Source of the DNA: an uncultured delta proteobacterium
GTDB taxonomy: Bacteria > Desulfobacterota > Binatia > Binatales > Binataceae
NCBI GenBank assembly: GCA_963842085.1
Contig: CAWJET010000002.1
Span: forward strand, 1,504,001-1,568,000
Length of the DNA stretch: 64,000 nucleotides
Direction: 5' to 3'
Shown piece after piece: positions 1 through 10,497 of the stretch (its first letter is position 1; the number at the start of each line of letters is the position of its first letter). The position numbers were made by a program, and so were the translations under genes. Under the pieces are notes generated by a model that saw only the letters and a program-made list of their open reading frames with translations, had not been told where the DNA came from and did not search any database.

Positions 1-2117
1 GTAAGTCCCTGGGAGACAGAGAAGTCGCCCGTGGAATTCCATCCTTGTAAGGTGATCGGCAGAGCTTTCTTCTTTATCGGGTTCGATAGCGTGACCATTT
101 GAACGTTGCTCGACGCACCGGTGTTGACGTTCCCAAACTTCAGCTTCGCCGGCGTGAACTTGAGCGCTGAAGGAACGGGGGTCACAACCGGACTGGGAGA
201 CTGGGTCGCAGTTGCAGTTGGCGTCGCGGTGGCGGTCGGCGTCGTCGAGGTGGTTGCGGTTGGCGTCGCCGTCGCCGAGGTGGTTGCGGTTGGCGTCGCC
301 GTCGCCGAGGTGGTTGCGGTTGGCGTCGGATGCGATCCGCTGGTGAATGCGTTCGCGAACTGCGCCATGTCCACGCTGCCCCATCCGGTGACCTGATCGT
401 ACCCGGTGGCTGCGGTGTAGCCGGTGACGCCGTTGTAAGTATTGTTTCCGGTGACTACGTCCTCGATTCCCTCAGAGGCAATGCCGGCATTGGCAAGGTT
501 GTAAATCGCGGGGTTGAGAAGACCGAGACGAGCGTTGTCCGCCGCCGCCGCCAGGACGCGCGAATAGCCGGCCCACAGCGGAGAGGAGAGACTGGTGCCG
601 CCCCAGCAGCACTGGATCTGCGCTTCACCGCTCACGTCGGCACCGATGAACACGTATGGCGCCCATGCGATCATCGCAACGTCGGGGATGTCGCGCGCAT
701 TGTCGGCCGGCACTCCTGTTCCTGTCTGCCACAGAGGTTTAGGGAAGATTGCACTTGCGCCACCGCCACTGCGATTCCAGCCGCTCTCGATTCCGCCGGG
801 AGCGACGCCGACCACGCTGATGTCGTTGCCGGACGAATTGAAGTTCGGACTGAAGGTCGTGCCACCAACTGCCGTGACGTGCGGGCTGGTCGCCATCTCG
901 CTCGGGTTCCTGGTCGTGCCAACGACACAGGTGCCGGCGGAGTACTGCAGACCGGCTGCACCCCAATCGCCCGAGGCGATGAAGACCGATTGTCCCTGGG
1001 TCGCCGCCTCTTGAAACAGCGAATCGAGGCCGGTGTAGAAGCTCGACGACTCGCCGCAAAAGATGAAGCTGATGCTGATTGCACCGCAGACGTTGTCGGT
1101 CACGCTTTGCGAAATCGAATTGTAAAGATCGCCGCTGATGTACGGGTGGATCGGAGTGCCCGGTGCGGTCGCCTGCGCGTAATCGATGTCGAGCAGTGTC
1201 TCGACCTCATCGACGCCTATGCCCGGCGTTTTACCCTCAGGGTAGACGGGAGTGACAGGCGCGGGCGTGAGTCCGAACGTGCTGTCATACAGAGTAACGG
1301 CGGCGGGTAGATAGTCGGAATCTTCATCGAGCGCTATGCAGTCCGGTGAGGGCGTACCGGTGTTTCCGGCGTTGAGAAGCGGCAACTCGTCGTAAAACGT
1401 CTCCACGTCGATTGGTTCAAACGCGGTCGAATCCCCCTCCGTGGCTCCGGGCATCTGCGTGCTGTTCTCGGGGCTGATCCCGGTAACGCCGGCGAGCGCA
1501 AGCATCTCCAATTTGTGCTGCTCATTCGAGCGCGTCGGTGGCGGGCTGCGACGCAATCCCGCGGGCACCGCGGCGTGCATGTTGTCCAGGCCCATAATTG
1601 AAATGACAAGGCCCTCGAACTGCGCGGGAATAGAGGGATCAGTCGTATTGGCAAATGACGCGCCGTCCGACATAAGAGTCGTGGAAAAAGCGCGCTCGGC
1701 TGTCTCGACGTCGCTCCGAGCCTGAATCGTCCGCCGGATGCGATTGACCGAGGTCACCTCGAAGCCCTCTCTTTTGAGCCAGTCTGCGACCAGGCCTGCC
1801 TGTTTGTCGGTTGGTCCGAAGCGGCTGGCGAACTCTTGCGGCGTGAGCCATCGATGGTACCGGGGCGAGGCTGGATTTTGCTGATCGTCGAGCAGTTGCT
1901 TGAGCTTGGCCTGGTGGCGAAGACCCAGCACAAGCGTCAGCTCAAGCGGCATCGTGCGCTCGGCGCGCACCGCCCCAGTTAGAGCCGCAGCTTCAGCCGG
2001 ATGATTGCCCCGAAGCTGGAACGGACCGGCGGACGTGGCTTGACCCATGACGAGCGCGCAGACCATCAGCGCCGCGGCGGCGCCAAGCACTCTCGTCAAT
2101 CCTTGTCCCACGGTCAC
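1..2117 (-). CDS. S53 (sedolisin/kumamolisin-like) serine peptidase with pro-domain, Pro/Thr linker and C-terminal Ig-like domain; 3' end runs off window
   Basis: Manual minus-strand translation from GTG at 2117 (absent from ORF track because no stop in window): signal peptide, pro-domain (QQNPASPRYHRWLTPQEFASRFG), ETLLDIDY, ASGDWGA, GGTSLSSPLWAG, GYDQVTGWGS, then PT-rich linker. Confidence 0.9.
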   Translation of the reverse strand, partial: MTVGQGLTRVLGAAAALMVCALVMGQATSAGPFQLRGNHPAEAAALTGAVRAERTMPLELTLVLGLRHQAKLKQLLDDQQNPASPRYHRWLTPQEFASRFGPTDKQAGLVADWLKREGFEVTSVNRIRRTIQARSDVETAERAFSTTLMSDGASFANTTDPSIPAQFEGLVISIMGLDNMHAAVPAGLRRSPPPTRSNEQHKLEMLALAGVTGISPENSTQMPGATEGDSTAFEPIDVETFYDELPLLNAGNTGTPSPDCIALDEDSDYLPAAVTLYDSTFGLTPAPVTPVYPEGKTPGIGVDEVETLLDIDYAQATAPGTPIHPYISGDLYNSISQSVTDNVCGAISISFIFCGESSSFYTGLDSLFQEAATQGQSVFIASGDWGAAGLQYSAGTCVVGTTRNPSEMATSPHVTAVGGTTFSPNFNSSGNDISVVGVAPGGIESGWNRSGGGASAIFPKPLWQTGTGVPADNARDIPDVAMIAWAPYVFIGADVSGEAQIQCCWGGTSLSSPLWAGYSRVLAAAADNARLGLLNPAIYNLANAGIASEGIEDVVTGNNTYNGVTGYTAATGYDQVTGWGSVDMAQFANAFTSGSHPTPTATTSATATPTATTSATATPTATTSTTPTATATPTATATQSPSPVVTPVPSALKFTPAKLKFGNVNTGASSNVQMVTLSNPIKKKALPITLQGWNSTGDFSVSQGL
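241..328. repeat. Three near-identical 30-bp tandem repeats encoding ATPTATTSAT linker units
   Basis: gtcgccgaggtggttgcggttggcgtcgcc at 241, 271, 301. Confidence 0.9.
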
Positions 2118-2188
2118 AAATTTCTACTATTAGTTATGAAATGGCGAGGCAAGCGCGCCGTCTAATGCCAGGTGTGCGAGGCGAGGTT

Positions 2189-3982
2189 TCAGGCACTTGC
2201 CAGCTGTGAGGCCCGTTCGAGGGATACTGCGTCCGGGTCGAGCAGCGCACTGGTCGCGTCTTCTTCCCAGTCGGAGGCCGGGAGCGACAGCGGATCTTCG
2301 GGGCGCAGGCGATGCTCGACGACCATCCGCGCGAGGATCATGCGGCGGGCGTCGTGGCCGTTGGCGCCGGCCGTCGCACCTTCCCAGGTCATGAGCGCGG
2401 CGCTCGCTACATTATAAAGAGCGTCGGTCGCGAGACGTGCCAAGCGTTCATGCCGCGGCTTGGCCGCAACCTCGGCGGCGAACGCGACCGCGCGCTCGAC
2501 TAGCTGCGCGATTTCCGCGCGAAAGTCCGCAGGAGCCGCGCTTGCGGCCTGGAGTTTGGCTTTCAGAGCGCGCGCGAGCGCCTCGTGACCGCCGGATTTG
2601 GCGACCGCGCGATTGATCACATCGAGCGCGTTGATGTTGCTGGTGCCCTCCCACAGCACTCCGATATGCGCGTCGCGGATGAGCCGCGAGTTGACCCAAT
2701 CCTCGATGTAGCCGTTGCCACCGCGCACCTCCATCGCGCCGGTCGCGACGCGGATATTGTCGCGGCACGCGCGGAACTTCAGCACCGCGGTCAGGATGCG
2801 CATCACGCGCTCGGCTTCCGCGTCGCCGGCGCGCGCGCGATCCATCATCGTCGCGTCGTAAGTGAAGACCGAAAGCGCCTGCTCGGTCGGCACCATCAGT
2901 TTCATCAACTGGCGGCGGAGCAGTGGATGCTCGATGATCGCGCGGCCGAACGCGGCGCGATGACGCGCGACCTGCAGCGACTCGTTGAGGCATCGGCGCA
3001 TCATGCCGGCCGCGCGCGCGCCATGCGACATGCGGCTGAGATTTACCATGTCCATCATCTGGCGAAGTCCGCGGTCGAGCGCGCCAAGCTGGTAGGCGAT
3101 CGCGCCTTCGAGCACGACCTCGCCGCTCGCCATCGAGCGCGTGCCGAATTTGTCCTTGAGCCTGGCGATCCGATAGTTGTTGCGCTCGCCGTTTTCCAAA
3201 CGCCGTGGCATCAGGAAGAGCCCGAGCCCGCGCGAGCCGCTGGGAGCGCCTTCGGGCCGTGCCAGCAGCAACACGACGTCGCCGTCGACCGCCGAGCAGA
3301 ACCACTTGTCGCCGTAGAGCCGCCAGAAGTCGCCCTCGCGTTTCGCAACCAGGGCGCTGTTGGCAAGGTCGGAGCCGCCCGCGCGCTCGGTCATGTATTG
3401 CGCGCCCTTGAAAATCTGGTCCATGTTCTGCGATAGCATGCGGCCGAGGTAACGCGTCTTGAGCTCGTCGCTGCCGTAGTTTTCGACCAGCACCGCGCCG
3501 GTATCGGTCACGCTGATCGGGCACATCAGGCCGAACTCGGCCTGCACGAACAGGTACTGGAACGCGTACTTCGCGATGTAGGGAAGCGGCGCGGGCCATC
3601 CGAGCACGCCGGCCCGATGCGCCATCGCATGAAGGCCGAATTCGCCGAAACCGATCCGCTCCATTTCGCGATAGGCGGGATGGAACTCGACCCAGTCCTC
3701 GTCGCGGCCGAAACGATCGCGCGAATGTAGCACGGGCGGATGCTTGTCGGCGATTTCGGCGAGTTCGTCGAGCCGGCCGCCCGCGAGCTGACCGAGGCGA
3801 TCGAGATACGGCTCCATCGCGGCGCGCAACCGCGGCTCCATGTGGAGATCGAGCAGGTCGCGCAGCCCGCGGTCGATGCGGTAGAAGTTCATGCCGCGGC
3901 AGTCCGGCGCGACCAGGGCAGCCGCGGTGTTGTCGTTCACGGTCTGGCGTGGTGCGAGCTTGTCCGAATTTACGAGTGCCAT
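2189..3982 (-). CDS. Acyl-CoA dehydrogenase family protein (AidB-like)
   Basis: 597 aa; QYMTERAGGSD, LYGDKWFCS, RLKDKFGTRSMASGE, GGNGYIED, WEGTSNI. Confidence 0.9.
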   Translation of the reverse strand: MALVNSDKLAPRQTVNDNTAAALVAPDCRGMNFYRIDRGLRDLLDLHMEPRLRAAMEPYLDRLGQLAGGRLDELAEIADKHPPVLHSRDRFGRDEDWVEFHPAYREMERIGFGEFGLHAMAHRAGVLGWPAPLPYIAKYAFQYLFVQAEFGLMCPISVTDTGAVLVENYGSDELKTRYLGRMLSQNMDQIFKGAQYMTERAGGSDLANSALVAKREGDFWRLYGDKWFCSAVDGDVVLLLARPEGAPSGSRGLGLFLMPRRLENGERNNYRIARLKDKFGTRSMASGEVVLEGAIAYQLGALDRGLRQMMDMVNLSRMSHGARAAGMMRRCLNESLQVARHRAAFGRAIIEHPLLRRQLMKLMVPTEQALSVFTYDATMMDRARAGDAEAERVMRILTAVLKFRACRDNIRVATGAMEVRGGNGYIEDWVNSRLIRDAHIGVLWEGTSNINALDVINRAVAKSGGHEALARALKAKLQAASAAPADFRAEIAQLVERAVAFAAEVAAKPRHERLARLATDALYNVASAALMTWEGATAGANGHDARRMILARMVVEHRLRPEDPLSLPASDWEEDATSALLDPDAVSLERASQLASA

Positions 3983-4110
3983 AGATAGTGCGGTTGCGTG
4001 GTTTGCAGCATCAGGCTGAGCCTAAAGTTAATCTTTTCGCGACGCACTGGCTACAAACGAGGCGCCGGATGCCGGCCGGGGTAGCCGCCGCACAGAGGAG
4101 AACGTCGCGG

Positions 4111-5097
4111 ATGCACGGAAGCAAACAAAAGCCTCGCGTGCCCGCAAAATTCTGGATCGGTGTCGACATCGGCGGCACGAAGACGGCGATCGTCGTCTCG
4201 GAACGGCTGCCGGAGGTTAGCCAACGTCTCCAGTTCGCAACCTTGCCCGCCAAAGGGCCTGAGCGCGCGCTCGATCTGATCGGCAAAGGAATTGTCACTC
4301 TTCTGAGAAAGCGCGGGCTCTCGCGTTCGGCAATCCGCGGTATCGGCGTGAGTTGCGGCGGCCCGCTCGATCGAGTGCGCGGGATCATCCAGTCGCCGCC
4401 CAATCTCGCGACGTGGGTGGATGTTCCCGTCAAAGCAATCCTCGAGCGGCGGTTCGGTGTCCGCTGCAACGTCGAGAATGATGCGAACGCGGGGGCAGTC
4501 GCCGAGCATCGCTACGGCGCCGGGCGCGGCGTCGGCAACATGGTCTTCCTCACGATGGGCACGGGACTCGGCGCGGGAATCATCGTGGACGGGCGCCTTT
4601 ATCAGGGCACCGGCGATCTCGCCGGAGAGATTGGGCATGTGCGGCTTACCCGCGGCGGCCCCGTCGGCTACCACAAGCGCGGTTCAGCCGAGGGATGGGC
4701 GAGCGGCGGCGGGATCGAGCAGGTCGCGAGGCGCGCGGTGGCGGAGGCGCGCAAGCGCGGAAGCCGCACGATATTGGCGTCGCGTCGCAGCTTGCTCACG
4801 GCGCGCGAGGTTTGCGCGGCGGCGAAACGCGGCGACGCGGTTGCGATGCAAATCGTTCGTTCCACGGGCGAGCGCCTGGGCCAGGTTCTGGCAATCCTGG
4901 TGGACGTCCTCAACCCGGAGCGGATCGTGATCGGTGGGATCGCCATGCGTACCGGCGAGATGATTCTGGGACCCGCGCGCGAGGTGATGACGCGCGAAGC
5001 GTTGCCCGCGTCTGCGGCGGCGTGCCGGGTGGTGCCGGCCGGCTTGGGCGAGCGCATCGGCGATGTTGCAGCGTTATGCGTCGCGGTGGGACTCTGA
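4111..5097 (+). CDS. ROK family sugar kinase
   Basis: IGVDIGGTK, VENDANAGA, GTGLGAG, AGEIGH; start uncertain (ORF open from 3988). Confidence 0.9.
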   Translation: MHGSKQKPRVPAKFWIGVDIGGTKTAIVVSERLPEVSQRLQFATLPAKGPERALDLIGKGIVTLLRKRGLSRSAIRGIGVSCGGPLDRVRGIIQSPPNLATWVDVPVKAILERRFGVRCNVENDANAGAVAEHRYGAGRGVGNMVFLTMGTGLGAGIIVDGRLYQGTGDLAGEIGHVRLTRGGPVGYHKRGSAEGWASGGGIEQVARRAVAEARKRGSRTILASRRSLLTAREVCAAAKRGDAVAMQIVRSTGERLGQVLAILVDVLNPERIVIGGIAMRTGEMILGPAREVMTREALPASAAACRVVPAGLGERIGDVAALCVAVGL

Positions 5098-5115
5098 TCC
5101 CGCGAGGCGCAGTTC

Positions 5116-7893
5116 ATGGACCATCTATACTTCGTCGTTCACACTCACTGGGATCGCGAGTGGTATCAGCCGTTTCAGCGGATGCGGGCGCGGCTGCTCA
5201 CGATGATGGACAAGATGCTCGCGCAGTTGGAGAGCGGCGCCCTCCCCTGCTTTCACTTCGACGGCCAGACGATCGTGCTCGAGGATTACCTCGAAGTGCG
5301 GCCCGACAGCGCGCGCCGAATTGCGAAGCTGGTGAAGGCGGGCAAGCTCCAGATCGGCCCGTGGTATTTGCTCGCGGACAGCTTCCTGGCCAGCGGCGAA
5401 TCGCTGATTCGCAATCTCGAGATCGGCACCCGTATCGCGCGGCGATTCGGCAAGTGCGCCGAGACCGGCTATCTGCCCGATCAATTCGGTCACGCCGCGC
5501 AGCTTCCGCAGATTCTCTCGGGCTTCGGGCTGAAGGCAGGAGCCGTTTTCCGCGGGGTGGGCCGCGAAGTGAATCGCAATCGATTCATCTGGGAGGCGCT
5601 CGACGGCAGCCCGATGTTCATGATCTTTCTGCCGTTCGGTTATTCCAACGGCGCCAGCCTGCCGACAGATTCGGCTGACGCATTGATCGCGCGAGCCAGC
5701 GAGATCGCCGCGCGCGAACGCGAGTTCTCGGCCGGCGCTCGTATCCTTGTGATGAACGGCAACGACCATGCGGAGCCCGATCCAGCGGTCTTCGCGCGCC
5801 TGAAGGAAGCATCCGGGCGCGCGCCGTTCACGGCCGAAGTCGGCACGCTCGACGAATACGCCAAGCGGCTTTCCGAGCTTCCCATCGATGGCACGCCCCA
5901 TGTGCGAGGTGAATTGCGATCGCCGGCGCGCTCGAATCTCACGCCGGGCGTCAGCTCGGCGCGGGCGTGGATAAAGCAGCGTGACTTCCAGAACTCGTAC
6001 CTGCTCGAGCGGATTGCCGATCCGCTGGCCGCGCTCGCTGGTCGACTGGAGCCGGCCGACGACCTGACCGCGCTGCTCGAGCTTGCCTGGCGTACGGAAA
6101 TTCAGAACCATCCGCACGACTCGATCTGCGGATGCTCGATCGACCAGGTCCACCAGGACATGCGCTACCGCTTCGATCAGGCCGCGATGATCGGCGAGAT
6201 CGTCGCGCGCCGCGCAGCGAATGTCGTGCTCTCATCGCGAAACGGCGGCGAGGCTGCGATCGCGGTGTTCAATCCGACCTTCGCCTGCCGCGCGCTCATC
6301 GCGGGCGAGACCGAAGTCGAGGATTCGCACGCGAGCTACGTCGCGCTCGGTAGCGACGGGCGCAGGATCCCTGTCGCGATCGACGTCGCGCGGCCGGCGC
6401 GGCCATTCGAAATCGAGCTCAAGGGCGCGGACTTCAAGGGCTTGATCACCGGCGTTCAAGTTATGGGCCAGTATGTGAACCGGTTCGAACTCGAACGCGC
6501 CGGCGACAACCGGTTCGAGCTCCGCATGTTCGTCAGCCGCAGTCCGGCGGGCGAGCTCGATCCGCACAGCTTTCGCCGGCGAATTCTCGAGGTGCCCGAC
6601 GAGGCGACTATTCGCATCCGCGCTACTGCCGCGGCACGAGCGCAAATTGCGTTCGTCGCCGACGCACTTACGCAGACAGGCTTCAGCCTTTATCGACTCG
6701 TCCGCTCGGACCAACTCGCAAATAGTGCGGCCGGTGCCGGCGAATCGATCGAAAACGAATACTTCAGGCTCAGGCCGTCGCCGCGTGGCTTGAAAATTGA
6801 AGATCTGAAAAACGACAAGGTCCTCGAAATTTATTTCGAAGATGACGGCGATCGCGGCGATGAATACAACTTCGACCCGGTGGCCGATTCGGCGCCAATC
6901 ACGACGCCCGCATCGATTGCCGCGCGCGTAGTCGAACGCGGACCGATGAGAAACCGCATCGCCCTCTCATCGGTTTACAGTCTCCCGAGCGCTCTCAGTA
7001 AAGATCGCAAGACGCGAGCGGCTGAGACCGTCGAGGTTCCGATTGAACTGACGGCCACCGTGTACGCAGGGCTGGAGCGCGTGGACTTCGAGGCAGTGAT
7101 CGACAATCGCGCGCGTGACCATCGCCTTCGCGTCGCGCTGTCCACGCCCATTGCAACTTCCGAATCAGTCTCCGACACGAATTTCGGTATCGTCCGCCGC
7201 TCGCTCGATCAAACCGAGCCGGCGGGCGCGACGGAAGATATTTACCCGACCGCGCCGCATCGGACGTTCACCGCGGCGCAATCCGCGGAGTTTTCGGCCG
7301 CCATTATGAGCCGTGGTATCTACGAGACCGAGGCCAAGCGCGACGCCGGCGGCACGACGATCCTGCTGACACTCCTGCGATGCGTTGGCTGGCTCTCGCG
7401 CGGGGACCTGAAGATGCGACGGGGCGACGCGGGTCCGGAATTCGAAACACCCGACGCGCAGGAAATCGGCGAGCATAGCTTTCAATTTGCCGTCACCACC
7501 TGGCGCGGTTCGTATGCCGACGCCGGCGTCGTCCAGCTAAGCCAGGCGTATGCGTATCCGCCGCGCGTGTTCCAGGCTCGCTCCGCGATGGAAGTGTCCG
7601 AGAATCGACTCTGCGCATGCGACAATCCGAAAGTGGTGTTTTCAACCGCGCGTACAAGCGAACGCGCCGGCGGCTACATCGTGCGCGCCTTCAGCGCTTC
7701 CGAGTCGCCGGAGAGCGCGCGATTTACCTTCGGCTCCGGCCGCAAAGCTCGACTGCTCGATCTCGCCGGCCGTCCGTTGAAGGGGATCAAGCGGAGGCGC
7801 CGCCGCGACGGTTCCATCGAGCTGAACCTGCGCCCCTTTCAGATCGTGACCTTCGAAGTTCGTTGGCCGCCGGCGAAGTCGCGTCAAACCTGA
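5116..7893 (+). CDS. Glycoside hydrolase family 38 alpha-mannosidase (MngB-like)
   Basis: 925 aa; HTHWDREWY, FHFDGQT, GYLPDQFGH, HDSICGCSID. Confidence 0.92.
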   Translation: MDHLYFVVHTHWDREWYQPFQRMRARLLTMMDKMLAQLESGALPCFHFDGQTIVLEDYLEVRPDSARRIAKLVKAGKLQIGPWYLLADSFLASGESLIRNLEIGTRIARRFGKCAETGYLPDQFGHAAQLPQILSGFGLKAGAVFRGVGREVNRNRFIWEALDGSPMFMIFLPFGYSNGASLPTDSADALIARASEIAAREREFSAGARILVMNGNDHAEPDPAVFARLKEASGRAPFTAEVGTLDEYAKRLSELPIDGTPHVRGELRSPARSNLTPGVSSARAWIKQRDFQNSYLLERIADPLAALAGRLEPADDLTALLELAWRTEIQNHPHDSICGCSIDQVHQDMRYRFDQAAMIGEIVARRAANVVLSSRNGGEAAIAVFNPTFACRALIAGETEVEDSHASYVALGSDGRRIPVAIDVARPARPFEIELKGADFKGLITGVQVMGQYVNRFELERAGDNRFELRMFVSRSPAGELDPHSFRRRILEVPDEATIRIRATAAARAQIAFVADALTQTGFSLYRLVRSDQLANSAAGAGESIENEYFRLRPSPRGLKIEDLKNDKVLEIYFEDDGDRGDEYNFDPVADSAPITTPASIAARVVERGPMRNRIALSSVYSLPSALSKDRKTRAAETVEVPIELTATVYAGLERVDFEAVIDNRARDHRLRVALSTPIATSESVSDTNFGIVRRSLDQTEPAGATEDIYPTAPHRTFTAAQSAEFSAAIMSRGIYETEAKRDAGGTTILLTLLRCVGWLSRGDLKMRRGDAGPEFETPDAQEIGEHSFQFAVTTWRGSYADAGVVQLSQAYAYPPRVFQARSAMEVSENRLCACDNPKVVFSTARTSERAGGYIVRAFSASESPESARFTFGSGRKARLLDLAGRPLKGIKRRRRRDGSIELNLRPFQIVTFEVRWPPAKSRQT

Positions 7894-8021
7894 ATCGCCG
7901 ATGCCTTCGCAGTTCCTCAAGTAACTGGGCTGGCACAAGCCGAAACATACAGTCATCCAGGGTCGGAAGAATCGTCGCCATCCCGCAGGTCGGCTACGAT
8001 CGTCCTGCCGCGCGATTCGCG

Positions 8022-9173
8022 TCAGGTGCTGCTGGCAGGCGCGGAGAGCTGCGTTTTGGTGTGCACGTAGCGCGTTACGCCGGTACGCGTGATGAGGCCA
8101 TCCAGCCTGCCCTGATCGACTACCAGCAGCCGTCCGATGTCCGCGGCCGCCATCTGCCGGATTGCATCGATGACGCCGGCGCCGGGAGCAATCTCGATTG
8201 TGCGATCGGCGGGCCGCATAACCTGGCTGATGCGCCTGCTCGCGCGCTCGGACGCGGGACACTCGCGCACCTGCGCAAGTGTCACGACGCCCAACACTTT
8301 TCCATCCGCGGCGACCGGAAAGCCGCCGAAACCGTAGCGCAGGAAATAGTTCTCGATGGCGCCGGCTACCGTTTCGTCGGGGCCGAGCACGATCGGATCG
8401 CGCACCATAATCTCGCGCACGTGCGCGCCGGACAGCGCCTGCTCGACGATCATGCTCTGGTAGCTCGAGGACGCGGCCATGCGCAGGAACAGCCCGATGA
8501 ATATCAGCCACAGCCCGCCGATCAGCGCGCCCGCGAAGATCTCCATCGCGCCGAACACGATCAGTCCCCACGCGATCGTGGTGCCCCAGTTGGCCGCTGC
8601 GGCGGTAGCGCGGCGCAAATCTCCCCAGCGCATCCACAACGCTGCGCGCAGCAGGCGGCCTCCGTCGAGCGGAAATCCGGGCAGCAGGTTGAACAGTGCG
8701 AGGGCGAGATTGATGAAGGCGAGATAGGAGAAGACCGCTTTCCACAGCGTCGTCGCCCCAGCCGCGCCGATCCCACGCGCGATCAGCCAGAAGATTCCCG
8801 CCATCACCAGCGAGCTGAACGGACCCACCGCGGCGATCTTGAGCTCATCGAGCCCGCTCTTGGGCTCGTGCTCCAGCTCCGCCATTCCGCCGAAGATGAA
8901 CAACGTGATCCGGTGCACCTCCTCGCCGAGCCGGTTCCCCATCGCGGCGTGGCACAGTTCGTGGCCGAGCACCGAGCCAAAGAATAGGATGGTCGCAACC
9001 AGTCCCACCAGCCAGTAACTGCCGGTCGAATAGCCGGGATACTGCCCGGGGAAATATCCCGCGGCCAGCGACCACAGGATCAGCGCGAAGATGATCAGCC
9101 AGGAGTAGTCGATGGCGACCTGGATGCCCGCCACCTTGAAGAGCTCGATCGCACCCTTGCGCTCCGCCGCCAT
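8022..9173 (-). CDS. Site-2 protease (M50) with C-terminal CBS pair
   Basis: HELCH, FNLLPGFPLDGGR, TM helices, CBS-like C-terminus. Confidence 0.92.
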   Translation of the reverse strand: MAAERKGAIELFKVAGIQVAIDYSWLIIFALILWSLAAGYFPGQYPGYSTGSYWLVGLVATILFFGSVLGHELCHAAMGNRLGEEVHRITLFIFGGMAELEHEPKSGLDELKIAAVGPFSSLVMAGIFWLIARGIGAAGATTLWKAVFSYLAFINLALALFNLLPGFPLDGGRLLRAALWMRWGDLRRATAAAANWGTTIAWGLIVFGAMEIFAGALIGGLWLIFIGLFLRMAASSSYQSMIVEQALSGAHVREIMVRDPIVLGPDETVAGAIENYFLRYGFGGFPVAADGKVLGVVTLAQVRECPASERASRRISQVMRPADRTIEIAPGAGVIDAIRQMAAADIGRLLVVDQGRLDGLITRTGVTRYVHTKTQLSAPASST

Positions 9174-9359
9174 AGAAACCTCCGCGTGACACCGCGAGCC
9201 TCCTCGCTTGCCGACAGGAGTCTATCGCACGCCATTGTTGGCGGGAAATTATCCAGCTCCCTAACGGTACGAAAATCTCGCGGAGAGGAAGGGACGCGGA
9301 ACAGTCCTGGCTCCGCCCGGCGCGCCGGAATCGACGCGCCGGCCACGGCGTCGCTCGTC

Positions 9360-9647
9360 TTACATCGCCATGGGCGCTTTCTTGCCAACGTGACCGCCCT
9401 TGGCCACGCAGGATTTGACGTCAGTTGTCACGATGTAACCTTTGCCCTTGCACGAATTCTTGCCCTGGCAATCGCTCAGCGCGGTCTTGCATGCGCTCTG
9501 CCCTTTGCACGCGTTCGCACCCAAGCATTTGATTTGTGCCGCCTGCGTGGACGGGCTCGGCACGTCCGCGGCGCTTGCTACGCTGGCGGTGAATGCCAAT
9601 GCGACGGCCGTCGCCAGCACTGCTCCTGCTATCCTCGTCGTCTTCAT
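9360..9647 (-). CDS. Secreted six-cysteine peptide, BufA2 (bufferin II precursor)-like
   Basis: 95 aa from ATG 9647 after GGAG RBS; signal peptide then CLGANACKGQSACKTALSDCQGKNSCKGKG...C..KGG. Confidence 0.8.
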   Translation of the reverse strand: MKTTRIAGAVLATAVALAFTASVASAADVPSPSTQAAQIKCLGANACKGQSACKTALSDCQGKNSCKGKGYIVTTDVKSCVAKGGHVGKKAPMAM

Positions 9648-9758
9648 CAGATGGTCTCCTTTCCAGTTTTGCCGGGAAATCCAGCAGTACCATTCCATCC
9701 AACCGATGTCACGAAAACCGAGAGGCGAACGGCGCACTCTCGATTCCTGACCCAGGCG

Positions 9759-10376
9759 TCATTTCCTGGCGATTGCGATGCCACGGTACATCGTGGCGTG
9801 GGTCCTCGGCATTCCCGCGATCACATAGCGGTCGAGCCGCGCGAGCTCGAGTCCGGCATCGGCGATGAGCCGATCGATGCGCCGGGTAAGATGGCATCCG
9901 CGACCGATCACGCGCTGAATGGGATCCAGTCGCCACTGCCACTTCGCGACCATGGGTTCCTCGCTCAGGCCATGCTCGGCGAACAGGAACGAGCCGCCCG
10001 GCTTGAGCACCCGGCGCACCTCGCGCAGCGCCGCCGCCGCGTCGGGAATCGTGCACAAGGCGAAAGTGCTTACCGCGCAATCGAACCTGCTGTCTTCGAA
10101 CGGCAAGTGCTCGGCGCTGAGCTTCGCGCGTTCGACCGGAAAGCGGGCGGCGGCGATACGCTCCGCGACTCGTTTCGGCATCAGGTCTTCGGGATCGACC
10201 ACGGTGAGCCGCTTCACCGCAGCCGGAAAATAAGGAAGGTTCAGCCCGGTGCCGAATCCGAGTTCGACAACGTCGCCGTGCGCGTCTTTCAGGGCCGGCG
10301 GCCGCTCGCGCGCGATTACTTTGGAGCTCATGGTCCAGTCGAGGAAGAAGCCGAATATTTTGTCGGACAGAGCCAT
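9759..10376 (-). CDS. Class I SAM-dependent methyltransferase
   Basis: VVELGFGTGLN, LPFEDSRFD, EVRRVLKPGG. Confidence 0.9.
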   Translation of the reverse strand: MALSDKIFGFFLDWTMSSKVIARERPPALKDAHGDVVELGFGTGLNLPYFPAAVKRLTVVDPEDLMPKRVAERIAAARFPVERAKLSAEHLPFEDSRFDCAVSTFALCTIPDAAAALREVRRVLKPGGSFLFAEHGLSEEPMVAKWQWRLDPIQRVIGRGCHLTRRIDRLIADAGLELARLDRYVIAGMPRTHATMYRGIAIARK

Positions 10377-10497
10377 GCGAGTCTTGTATCAAACGCCAGG
10401 CGCGCAGACTAAACCGACTTCAGCCAACAAACGCCGGTAGTCTGATCGGACGATGCGTCGCAGCCGGCGCGTCGCCACGCTCCGCGCGGAGGACTCG

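Noticed and set aside
241-328. 30-bp repeats as a CRISPR array
   Set aside because: No spacers, in-frame inside a coding linker, no cas genes
106-1310. Plus-strand ORFs 106-396 and 330-1310
   Set aside because: Antisense shadows of the S53 protease; the VAVGV repeats are the reverse reading of the PT linker
9186-10412. 408-aa plus-strand ORF and similar long overlapping ORFs (7617-8987, 2448-3599)
   Set aside because: GC-rich shadow frames with no motifs, overlapping well-supported genes
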